From Octopus bimaculoides (Eukaryota): 39,668 nt of DNA. The position numbers and the translations under genes were made by a program. This document shows, piece after piece, positions 11,490 through 22,760 of this stretch (positions within the stretch are counted from its first letter, which is position 1; the number at the start of each line of letters is the position of its first letter). The notes beneath the pieces were generated by a model. It was not told the DNA's origin. It was given only the letters and a program-made list of their open reading frames with translations, and searched no databases. Location of the stretch: positions 108,395,136-108,434,803 of the forward strand of contig NC_068983.1 of the NCBI RefSeq assembly GCF_001194135.2, read 5' to 3'.

Positions 11490-13320
11490 TGAATTATAAG
11501 GTTACTGTATTTAAATGCCCACAGTTTATGCAAGAAGGCCCGAATTTGTTATACTCTTATGTTAAAAATACTGATCTTGATTTCATTGCAGTCTTGATAA
11601 CCTGGGCTCATTGTTTACTCTGCAATAGTGTTTTAGCATGATTGGATACAACCTATTTCACAAAAGACCACTTTAATGATGGTTTATGGTTGCTCAAGTT
11701 TTTCAGCAATTCTTTACGGCAATTTTAGCCATTTAGAAGAACATCTATGTATGCATGTAACTACTTTTAAATGTCTTCTTTTTTTACTATTATCATGACA
11801 CAACTTTTTGACATCCTCAGAGCTGCATCTAGGAAAACAGTCACCTGTGCTTTCATTACTGGTGGTTTGAATAACCCTGACTGGGAAACATTTGACAAGA
11901 TGCAAATTACAAACAATTTCTTTGATATAGTGTCTAATGTGTCTGGTTCCTAGTACTCACCTTCCCCCTAAGAGGTAACACAAGAGGTAGATTTGCTATG
12001 TAACCACTCGTGAAAAACTGTTATCTCCACTGCCAGAGAACATTTTAATAACTCCAGTGGCTTCATGACTATTGTCAATTTGTATTTTATGGGTGGAAAA
12101 AAAGCTGCCACTGCTATAACCTCTGCCACTGCTGTTGCCTCTACCTCCACTACTACTGCCACCATAGCCACGACCACCCCCACAGCCACCGCCACCGTCA
12201 CTGCCACCACCGTCACCACCAGCAGCAGCTGCTTTCTTTCCCTAGAACAAAGCTGAATAGAACTCTCTGTGTTGTACTGAGTTAAAAACACTCAAACTGG
12301 CTTGAATTTTATGAGTCCAGAGATATTAATACCACTCTTCAGCACATTCTCAATGTAATCTGGGCTGTATGCAAAGCATCAGCATCCTGTAAACATGTTA
12401 GAAACTTAAAGGTATCATTTGGAAGACTGCAGTTGTTTGCCTCACCAGAAAAGGATGACAAGATGTTGAAAGTGAATACAGATTACACAGAACAGAAGAT
12501 AATAGAAGATGCAGCAGATTACCTGGCCATATCAAGCAGATGACTAAAAATGCAGCACCTAAATTTGAACAATTCATAGCAACCACCATGAATAATAAAG
12601 TGTTCTGGAAATATGTGAATTTGAAACAGAAGCCTCACTTTCATTTTGCCCTTCTCTGCAATTCCTCATAGGTCAGATTACTACTGATTTCAAAGAGACT
12701 GCTGTTGGAAATTCAAAAGTACAATCTTCCCCACTAATGACACTAAATTCCCTAACATAATATTATATTGAATTTACTCCTGTAGTGCTGCAACACCATC
12801 TCACGTATATGCACACCTATGTTTATTCGTGTTTTCATAGTGTTATTCATCTAATTCGCAAATGTGGCAGCCTCTTTCTGAAACTCAGCTTTCACTCCTC
12901 TTCTGCCTTAATAATTGTGTTGCCCCAGAAGAGTTAAAAGTTGGTAGCATTATTTCCCTTTCCAAAAGAGCTACCATACCTCCCCTGTCAATTATCGACC
13001 AGTTAGTCTCACTAGCTGATCACCAAATTAATGACATCCTGTGTCAGAGAGATGCTCTGGAACTTTTGGAATGCTCATAACCATATTCAACCCTCAAAAT
13101 TTATCCATAACTGTAGCTACTTATTCATGCTTCAAAATTTATTCATAACTCTAGCACTGCAAACTCAATGAGTTTCTTGAAGACACGTGCCCACATAACT
13201 GTGAGACATTGTGAAAGGATAAATGGTTTCTCTGTCTATGCCTTCTCCTTCAAATGCCACAAACACGTCAAGTATTGGTAGTGGTTGCAATGATGTCAAA
13301 ATTGGCCCATGTAATCTGTT
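11490..13320 (+). mobile_element. highly decayed CR1/L2-type LINE ORF2 (APE endonuclease to N-terminal RT)
   Basis: Collinear motifs: NTDLDFIAVLITWA (~DIIAVTETW), IGYNLFHKR, FITGGLNNPDW (~GDFNYPDIDW), PLRGN/VDLL (~PTRGN.LDL), FEQFIA...NKVFWKYVN (FWKYVN starting at 12603), VAPEELKVGSIISLSK (~VP.DWK.A.I.PIFK), PVNYRPVSLTS (12984-13016). Many stops and frameshifts. Confidence 0.75.
12104..12232. repeat. degenerate (CCA/GCC/ACT)n trinucleotide tract inside the CR1 fossil
   Basis: Direct reading. It produces the spurious T/A-rich and V/A-rich ORFs in the track. Confidence 0.8.
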
Positions 13321-13335
13321 GAATGAACGTGATAC

Positions 13336-13560
13336 CTACAACTGCAACAATAACAACAAGAATGGTGAAGACAAATTTGTGAACTGAAATGCTAAGTTTT
13401 TAACAATATTATAACTTGGGCAACACCAACAACAATGATATTGAAAAAAGCAGTGAAAGCAACAACAGTTGTAGAACAAAAGACAATAAAACAACCAACA
13501 ACAGAAACAGAAGTAATGCATCTTTCACAGGAATAGCTTTCACAGGAATAGCTTTCACAG
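13336..13560. repeat. degenerate (AAC)n tract followed by 15-bp tandem repeat (ctttcacaggaatag x2.6 at 13522-13560)
   Basis: Direct reading. Confidence 0.7.
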
Positions 13561-14243
13561 AGAAGCTATACAGCCTTTACTCCAAAGACAAATGGACCAA
13601 ACTTAAAGACACTGCCTGATTTTTGGAAAATTGAGGGGAGGAAAGCAGTACTTGTGCCCCACTCCCTGAAACTCTTGCTTCAACTACTAAGAAGACAGCA
13701 ATATATTAGTGTGTATTGAAATTAAAAGCATATATGTGACTTTTTGCTGAGTGACTAGTATTTTATCTTCCACTGATCTGTTGTGACCATATGAAGCAGA
13801 GATGTAATATTTACTTTTAGTGTAACTGTGTGTTTGAAAATATTATGGAAGAAAGGTCCAAAGTTAAGTGATTTTCATTTAAGATTCATAATTAAACCTT
13901 GAGTTTCATATTTATTCTGTGAGCCAAAGACCTTGAGAATCATCTTTATTAAACTTCCCAAGTAGCTCATTCCTTGTTTTGGATTTTAATAATATAAAAG
14001 TAATTGTGAAGATAGATATTACATTTATTATTTTATAAAGAAAGAAGCTTTAATTTATTTCTTCAACCAATAAAATATTTCTATTAAATAATTTATGAAC
14101 ATTTTGGAAGTATAGTAGATTTTCATTGAGGTAAATTAATAACTGTTGAAGTTGCTAAATAGTGCAACAGAATATATCATCAAATGAATTTTATATTTAA
14201 GTATATTTAGTCAACTAGGTGTTGTATAAGTGTGTGTGTGTAT

Positions 14244-14396
14244 CCTTTATCTGTTTCCTTTTATTTGCTTCAGTCATTAAACCGTGGCCATGCTGGGGCA
14301 GCACCTTGAGAAATTTTTAGTTCGATGAATCACCTCCAGTACTAATTTTTTTGAAGCCAAGTACTTATTCTAACACTCTTTTTTGCTGAACCACTA
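14244..14396 (-). mobile_element. second SINE-like family sharing the central core
   Basis: Reverse complement contains ttagtggttcagcaaaa...gaataagtact...tactggaggtgattcatcgaact, similar to the aataagt...ggggtcgatgtaatcgact core of the 753 and 17879 copies. Confidence 0.5.
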
Positions 14397-14703
14397 ATAG
14401 TGAATGAAACAACACATAGATCAAAGATTTGACATAGAAAAATATCTAATTTGGATTAATGGAAAGTTAGGAACGAATAAACTAAGTAGATGTGGGATCA
14501 CACCATAAACATCAATTTTACATCAAATTTTTCATGCTGTTATAATTTGAATAGATCGGGTTTAACAGAGTATCTATCTGACTACTGCCTCCTTTGGTGT
14601 CTCCTCTGTGGGGTTCAGCATTCTGAGGTTAGACCTCACCACCTGTTTTCCAGTTTTCTTTTGTCTTCCTCTTCTGCAAGCTCCTTCTACTTGTATTAAT
14701 TAG

Positions 14704-14769
14704 CATTTTTAAATTTGAAAATATATATAAATCCTAACATTTTTAAATTTGAAAATATATAAATCCTAA
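14704..14769. repeat. tandem duplication (34 bp + 32 bp units)
   Basis: catttttaaatttgaaaatata(ta)taaatcctaa occurs twice. Confidence 0.9.
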
Positions 14770-17324
14770 ACTGAGTAAAGAAAATTCAGCTTTGCAATTT
14801 GTTGAAGTAATAATATCAGTTGTGACCTAGTAAGACAAGTTATATTAAGCTGACATTGACAAGGAACAGGTAAAGTAATACATGAAAACGTATATGTTTC
14901 ATGTTTTATATAAAAGGCAAGTCAAACTTGTCTATTCTTCCACCTAGTTTTAGCTTAAAATCGTACATGGCCTACTTCTTGTAAAAGAAATGTAAAAAGT
15001 TAAAGAGAAAATAAATCAAACTCTAAGCTGAAGTAAGATATTCTGTTTATTTGGCAATTACAATTGTGAACAATTTTTAGAAATATATAAATAAAATATA
15101 GTTTTGTATTTGTAACACAGCTTAGAGGAGTAAATGTAATATAAGAGAGCATTGATGTACTTTCTAGTAAAATAATTATACAATTATGAATCATTTTGCA
15201 GTGATTAATGTTTGCAGGTGGTAGACATTTTATTATCTTCAAAGCAGATTTAGCAAAATACACAGTATGTTAAAAACTAACTTCTATCAAGCTACTATTG
15301 CAAATTATACATAATTTGCCAGCTGGATTTTTTTTCTTAAGCATAAAGGAGCTGACTTGATATTTTTAGTCATTTTACAATGGACTGTAGAAAAATTTTT
15401 TAATTGTAATTTATTGTTTTGCTTGTCTTTCTATAAAACAATGTATAGAATTGTGATATAGATTATTAATAGTAAACTAGACACCAAGACAAACACTAAT
15501 TCCACATGTAAAACTTCTCAATTTATTTACAGGGATGAACAATTAAAAAATGTTCAAATTTAGTTAGAACTTCAAATGATTTTCTTTGATTTTCTGATAA
15601 ATGCCTGTAACGTAGAATTTCAGTGGAAGAAATATATGCAATAAACATCTCATGTCTTTCAGTTACAGCAGATGATTTACTACCATGTCAATATTTTAGC
15701 ACTTACAGATTCCCTTTATCACCAAATGCTGTAACAAAGCCAAGAGGTCAATCTTTAAGGTGTCCACAAACTTCAAAAATTTTTGTCCAAGTCAGAGTTT
15801 AAGGTTTCTCATTAACACTAAAATATGCTTTAGTTTAATGACTCCTTATTTAAGGTTTCCACAAGTATGACAGATCTGGAACTAAGTTTCCCTCTAATCT
15901 ATAAAAGTAATTAATTGAAAAGAACACACTTAGTAAAGGTAGTATTCTATTTGTAATTCACCAACTATAAATAGGAATTATTTCAAAGATGTTTTAAGAT
16001 CATTACACATTTCATGATGGTATTTGATTTGTATGAGTACCATAGTAGTAATTATACTTTCCACAATGTTTAAAGTCATATGTGTCTTATGGCTACATTC
16101 TGTAGAAGTAACAATTCTCTGATAATGTAATTCTAAGATAAAAATATTGATCGTCTACAATGTACATTATTTTCAAGTATGGTAATTCATTGTTTAATAA
16201 TTTATACACACAGCATACTTATACATATAAGGTTAAGGGTCATTCTATTTCTCATCAGTTTTACTTTTCAAAATAACTTTTTGAAATAAAAATGATTTTT
16301 AGTTGGTAAAACAACAGTGAAAATAGTTTAGTATTAGAAGATAAAACTAGAATATTCTCTGATAAAGTTTATCCTTCAACAAATATCAGAACTAAGCCAG
16401 AAATAGGTTTAGTTCAAAAATAGTATAGTTCTTACTTTATTTGTGCATAACTGATTGTTATTTATTTATTTATTTATTTATTTATTCCTTGTGAATCTCT
16501 TGCAGATTCTGCCATGCAATATTTTCAGGATTATTTTCGAATGTTATGTGTGTCATTTTACAAACTTTGATTTGATGAAATGATATATTTAGCAATGAAA
16601 GGATATTCAAACACAAAAATTAAAAATAGAGAAAATTAAGAAGGAAACCATAGAAGAGAAATGGAAGAAGAAAAGGTAAAAGAAAAAAGTGTGTAAAAAA
16701 GAAGCCAGAAGTGTAGAACATGTCTCAATCAAATTCTATCTTAGGATTTAAAAATATATATACAACAGTAATTGCAGGTTGGTTTTCAAAATGATAAAAA
16801 AAAGAAATTCAATTTGAATGAATGTAAAAAAGAATAGCTTTTGGCTATTCTGAGTAGAGATAAACGCACTCAGATGTGAATATGTTATAGAGTTTGTTGC
16901 CTTAAGGCATCACAACCTACTGTTAAATGCATACAGATCCTGAGCAAATTTTCAAAGCAAATAACTAAATAAGATGCAGAAATATTTGTTATTCTTCTGT
17001 TTGAAAGCAACTTCAAAATATTTAGTACAAACACCTCATTGTTAAAAATCTAGGCTTCTCTTTGGGTTATCGGAAGAATACGTGAGTATGGATGAGATGT
17101 TAGATGTTTTGTTAAAAGACAGTCATAAAGTCAGATATAATTTTGTAAATATTTACTCCTAAATTTTGTTTCAACTTCTGTATGCTTGTTGTAAATGTCT
17201 GTGTAATAGTAGCTCACAAAGGATTATTTGCTTGAATGGAGTAATAATCAAAGCAGGAAATATCTACAAGTAATATTTTATATAAAAACAATATTTGCAT
17301 GAATTTGCTGTAAGACAGCTAGCT

Positions 17325-17327
<3 letters not shown>

Positions 17328-17372
<45 letters not shown>
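17328..17372. repeat. (CA)n microsatellite
   Basis: Direct reading. Confidence 0.95.
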
Positions 17373-17376
<4 letters not shown>

Positions 17377-17878
17377 AAACTACTGCCAAAAAAGACAAAG
17401 CCAGAAGTTTTAAACAGACATCACTTTTAGCATATAACTGATCTAAATTTCTGAGATGATGTTGAAGTAGAATAAGATTTATGTCTATACATTGAAAATT
17501 TCAAAGGTATAAGTAAAAACGAACAGAAGCAATTTATTTCAATCATTTTAAAAATATTTATTCTTATTGATATTAGATTAACATTTAATTAAATTCTCTT
17601 TCTACATATTGAAGGTAATTATTCTTTTGAATCCTTATCAGTTACTTTATTAATAAACTCCAGTCATTATGTATTGAAGCAAATTTGAGGTATAGAAAAC
17701 ATAATCTGCATTACTGTCTTCTGATAGGATAAGAGATTTCATTATTAGCAATAAGGAAGAATAAAACATTCCATCACATCTGTCTCTTTTATCAATCCCA
17801 GATGTTATACAGATTATAGAAAATAACATTTTATCATATCTATATAAACATTTATTAATATTTCATTCATTCTTTGAT

Positions 17879-18093
17879 GGTGAGCTGGCAGAATCGTTAG
17901 CATGACAAACAAAATGCTTAATGACATTTTATCCATCTTCATGTTTTGAGTTCAAATTCTGCCAAGGTCGACTTTGCCTTTCAGTCTTTCATGGTCTATA
18001 AAATAAACACCAGTTGAATACTGGGGTCGATGTAATCGACTAGCCCCACCTCCCCAAACTTGCTGGCTGTGTGCCAAAATTTGAAATCAATAT
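17879..18093 (+). mobile_element. near full-length tRNA-derived SINE
   Basis: gagctggcagaatcgttagca (A box), gagttcaaattctgcc (B box), ggtcgactttgcctttca, ggggtcgatgtaatcgact. Same family as 753-960. Confidence 0.8.
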
Positions 18094-18339
18094 TTCATTC
18101 ACTTAAATGATTAATCAATTGTAGACTCAATTGGTCTCATCCATAAGGCAATAAAACTAATCAGCCATTGTGGATACCCATGATTATGAACAATAATTGA
18201 CTTTGCCATCTGACAACAGGGAAACAGTCCAAGGAAAGGATATACAAAGAAACCTTTACTAGTGAATAAAAATTGAAACTTGGCATAAAGCCACCTCGCT
18301 CTCTCAAATACCCCACCACACATACTCAGTCAAGGGTTT

Positions 18340-18570
18340 TTCCCTTTGAAATACAAGTTACTTGGCAACCCCTCACTAGCCTGGAAAATGCACCTAATAC
18401 TCATTGTAAAGTGTTTGGTGTTAGGAAGGCATAAAAACCATGCCAAAGCTGACACTGGAGCTCAATTCAGTCTTCTGGCACACCTGTCAAATCATCCAGC
18501 CCATATGAGCATGAACAGTAGATGTATGATGATGATGATGATGATGATGAGGAGGAGGAGGAGGAGGAGG
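18340..18570 (+). mobile_element. RTE-type 3' tail or RTE-tailed SINE ending in (GAT)n(GAG)n
   Basis: 3' end similar to 7690-7720, directly followed by (ATG)n 18526-18549 and (GAG)n to 18570. Family assignment is from recall and is unverified. Confidence 0.45.
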
Positions 18571-20884
18571 ATAAATATATAATTAAATAAAACAAAGTGT
18601 TGATTATTTTTAATGTTTCTCTTATTAAAAAATATCAAAATTAAAATGACATTGTCTTCGAAGCAGTTTTAAGACTTCTTTGCAAGTAGTTTGCTATTTA
18701 GCAAACATTTAATTAAGAAACCTTGCTATTATATAAATGGTTGTAAAACTTATAGAAATTTTCTTTGGCTTATTTTTCTTATTATTCATTCTTCTTATGA
18801 AGACAATAGAATATATTCTTTATAATTGTTGACTTATCTAAAACATAAAAAATGTGTACACCTGCTTCTAAGTAGATAGAAAAATGAGTAAAAGAGGGTA
18901 AATCTATCATCTTTGGAATGTCACTGTAGTGAACAGTTGTCTGTAGATAGGATGTGTATGACTTGATGCACTGATCAAAGGAGATTATGCTTCATACTAA
19001 ATCCAGTCCAAGACAAGTGTGCTGACACTAGTCTATCTTTATGCAAAATTAAAATGTTGCATATTCAATGTCAATCTTTTCCCTTGCTGACCATTTATAT
19101 ACATGATAACATGTGACAAAAAAAAAGAAAAAAAGACATAGGAAAATGGAAGAATATATGGGACAAAACTGTTGTAATCTTATTGTCAGGACCTGAACTT
19201 ATGGAGTGGAAAATTTTGTGGCTGATGCTATGACTACAGTTCTAGTTTGTGTCTCAAGTAAATGGAAAATAATGTAAAACTACTGATGTTTTTGCTGCAA
19301 CTAATGCTATGCTTAATGGTTAATGTGAAAATAAATATATCCTTCACAAAGTTTTTATCAATGTCAGTATCAAGCTGCTGCTTCAAGCCAAAAATGATGT
19401 ATTGAGGAAAAGTGATTTATTATAATTCAGTTTTTGCTTTTATTCTTCCTCTGAGCCGAATATATCAAGAGTTAGACCCTGGTTGCAGCCATTTCACATC
19501 ATTTATAATGCAAATATTTTTTTCAAAAAAAGTAGAAACATCAAACACTGTCAAGTTTTTGCTGAATGTAATTGCGAAGGCTTGTGCCTATATGAAAAAT
19601 GAATATTATTTTCTTGATAAGCTAAGTCTGTCACAATCTTTTGATTTTTTAGTTGAAGTGTTTTCATTTCCTTTTCTTTGATAATGCATTTAAGAGGAAA
19701 CATCTGCAGCTTTATTATTTCTCCATTTATTAAGATTTAGAATTTATATTCTTTCTTAAGGAGCACATATTTTCTCTCATCAGACTTTTGTTTCATGCCT
19801 CCAGTCAACATATTTACTGGCTTAAACCACAATAGCCAGCCAAGCAGACTATCCTACCAAAATATAATTCAAGCAGAAATGTACATTATATAAAATGAAG
19901 ACAGCAAATTCCCTATGAAATTCAAACTTCTGATAGTAGTGTGTTTAAAATGAGGATACAGCTAAACAACTTTGTGAAATTTAATGAATTAGAATGCCAT
20001 ATATAATGTTGAGGAAATTAAGACATATTTTGTTGTATATAATCAATTTAATTCTTGGAAGAACTGAAGCTGGTAGATGAAGAAACAAAGATAATAATGA
20101 AATTGCGGTAAAACAGAAGAGAGCATTGAAATATACAAAGTTTATTAGCAAATCAACTATGTTCCATAAGTTCTATTTATGATTATGGTCAGTTTTAGAA
20201 GTAACATTTTGTTGGATTCATCAGATTCAAACACAAAATGATGTTATAATGGACAATATTGATATCTTTCAACTAACAACAAGGCCCTGTATTTATAGTG
20301 CATTAGTAATATTAGTGAATTAAAATGGATTCAAATGTCAAAGGAAATTAATTTCTAGGTGCAATTTGTTGGATCATCAACTACATCCAGTTGAAGTTGT
20401 GCAGTAATAATTATGTATAGCATTTGGGAGGATAACAGGCAATATTCCATGTCTGTATAGAGTTGGTTAATGAAGACGTTTACTGGATGACTGACTATGT
20501 CTAGGCATTCATAGAAGTACACTGCTAATGAGTTTTTGCTTAACTCTCCAGCAATGTCCCATGAAAGGCATGTTTCTCTCCAAATGTTTGGTGGGTGTCA
20601 AAGCAGTGGAAAGGTACAATAGCTCTGATATCACAGTGACACAGAACCTTTTATTAAGATCATTAGGTAGAGATGGATGAGTTTCAGATGTCAATGGGAC
20701 CATCAAAAACAACTCATGCATTCACAAGATGGATTTTTACATTTTCTGTGCAGATGATGTTACTTCTTAAGTACACAGGTTTTAGAGGGCTTTATATGAT
20801 TGCTCTTATTAATCCTCTTGATTGTAGCAAAAGTGTTGACTCTTTGAGATATTGAAATGATGACAAATATCTGCTGCTTTGTTT

Positions 20885-21361
20885 TCAAGGCCATGAAGAA
20901 GAGTGGTAGCTTCTATGCTTGTTGTTGTAACTGGGTGACGAGGGGAGACAGAGTTTGATAAATCTGCAAGCCTCTTGAATTAGTGTCAATGAATTTAGTG
21001 TCTTATTACAGCTGCTACTCCTATTGTAAGAAGAATTTACTCCATTTTGCTTTAGTGAGAAGAACTGGAAACTTTTGAGAATTCCACCAGAAGTAGCAGA
21101 ACTGTGATTCATCTGGCTGTTGGGATTTTCCCAAAAGTAAACTGATTTTTCAAGAAACCATTTTGTTTTTTCATAAGGCAGTTCTATATTTAAGAGATGA
21201 GGAATTATGTACATTATTTTCATTATTTGCAATTGACAGATATTTGTCCTCATCTTATTTGTTGTTAACACAACATTTCAGCCCATATACCATCCAGCCT
21301 TCATCAGGTGTCTTGGGGAAATTTTGAACATGGGTTCTCATACCTAAGGTATTTTTTGATG

Positions 21362-21410
<49 letters not shown>

Positions 21411-21522
21411 AAATTTCCCCAAGACACCTGATGAAGGCTGGAGGGTATATCAGCCGAAATGTTGTGTTAACAACAAACAAGATGAGGACAAATATCTGTC
21501 AATTGTAAATAATGTAAATAAT
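20885..21522. mobile_element. Penelope-like element remnant with head-to-head ~116-bp terminal repeats
   Basis: 21213-21328 and 21407-21522 are inverted copies, each with a CTGATGA...GAAA minimal hammerhead motif, separated by 78 bp containing (TTA)n. The left copy continues leftwards into a ~330 bp non-microsatellite body. Confidence 0.6.
21423..21468 (+). ncRNA. minimal type I hammerhead ribozyme motif (Penelope pLTR type)
   Basis: GACAC-CTGATGA-A-GGCTG(gagggtatat)CAGCC-GAAA-TGTT-GTGTT: stem I GACAC/GTGTT, 5-bp stem II, essentially no stem III. Confidence 0.6.
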
Positions 21523-21534
21523 TTTCATAAGACC

Positions 21535-22400
21535 TCAAGTTTTGCTTTGTGTATGATCCAGTAACAATATAAAGTAGATTTTTGTTGCTTTCACTGTAAA
21601 GGCAGTCTCTCTATAATTTTTAACTTCATGTAGATAAGATTTCTTGGGTAATGAGTGAATACAACCTTCAGTTCATATCCCATTTGGGTTCTGGTTGTAT
21701 ACAACATTACAAAATTGAAGAAGAGTAACATTAAATATCTCTGCCTTCTAAACTTCTGGTAACATATCACGAAGGCCAGCTGTTTTTCTGTTTTTCTTCT
21801 GTTTCAGTTTTTCAACAAGTTCATTTAATGTGAAACCACTGAGGTTGAGATGAAAATTATGATAAAATAGCTATTTCTATGGGTGTATTTGAAATTGAAG
21901 AGGTATTACCAAGAAAATTCTATAAATGTCTCTTCAAATTGTTCAGTTATTCAAATAGGCTTGTGACTCTTAGTTTTGACTTATTCTTTTCCAACCTATA
22001 ATTTCATTGGTAGTTTGCCATGACAGGGAGGATTGCTTGTTTGCTGCTGCAGGTACAATCACATCCGTTTTGTTTTCTTCTGTTATTTCATTTCAGAAGT
22101 GTAAGACTTTGCTGAGCTTTTTAGAATTTAGTGATATTTGTTCTGGAAGGTTTGGTTGATATTAAATGGGCAGCACTTTTCAATTGATCACGATTCTCAA
22201 TAATTGCTTCAAACTCTCAAGGCAGTCAACATTTGATTTCACTCCTAATGAAAAGGCATTTCTGCTTCTTTCTGATGAGAGATGACAAAATTATTATATA
22301 TCACAACTGGGGTGTTAGCTTTAGTTTTGCTTGGAATGACTCAACCTTGTTTGATTGAGATGGTATATTGCAGGCAAACGTTCTTTTAAGTGTATATACA
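21535..22400 (-). mobile_element. decayed RTE-like LINE ORF2 (pre-RT linker and RT start)
   Basis: One frame over 21840-21541 reads SGFTLNELVEKLKQKKNRKTAGLRDMLPEV*KAEIFNVTLLQFCNVVYNQNPNGI*TEGCIHSLPKKSYLHEVKNYRETAFTVKATKIYFILLLD (~KA.GPD.IP.E.WK ... W..G.I.PLPKKGD..NYRGI.L). Confidence 0.75.
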
Positions 22401-22707
22401 CAGGAATTTTGAAGTACTTTGTTGGTGTACACAAAACAGCTAGATTATAGTTGATAGTATACAAGGAACAGAATTGACACCTTAAGAGGAATTATATTCT
22501 TTACATTTTTAGCCTAATGCTCTTCCACTAGTTATAAACATTTCAAGGGCTTTGACACAACTGGAATAGGGTATGCTCATAGTGTGGACATAAAAAATCA
22601 ACTCCTGTATCACATTCATCTTATATTACAGCACTTCCAATTTCAGTCATAGATATCTACTCTGAACTCTACTATCTTGCTTAGTAAGTTTGCTGGAAGC
22701 ATACCTC

Positions 22708-22760
22708 TATTTTGAAATATTCCAAACAAACTTTAAATTTGTTTGGAATATTTCAAAATA
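22708..22760. repeat. perfect 23-bp inverted repeat with 7-nt loop
   Basis: tattttgaaatattccaaacaaa-ctttaaa-tttgtttggaatatttcaaaata. Confidence 0.9.

Noticed and set aside
16506-16560. Strong acceptor (tctcttgcag) followed by a short open frame SAMQYFQDYFRML
   Set aside because: No convincing donor, and the pyrimidine tract is largely an (ATTT)n repeat.
22097-22149. Strong plus-strand acceptor with open frame KCKTLLSFLEFSDICSG
   Set aside because: Lies antisense within the RTE fossil and has only a weak donor.
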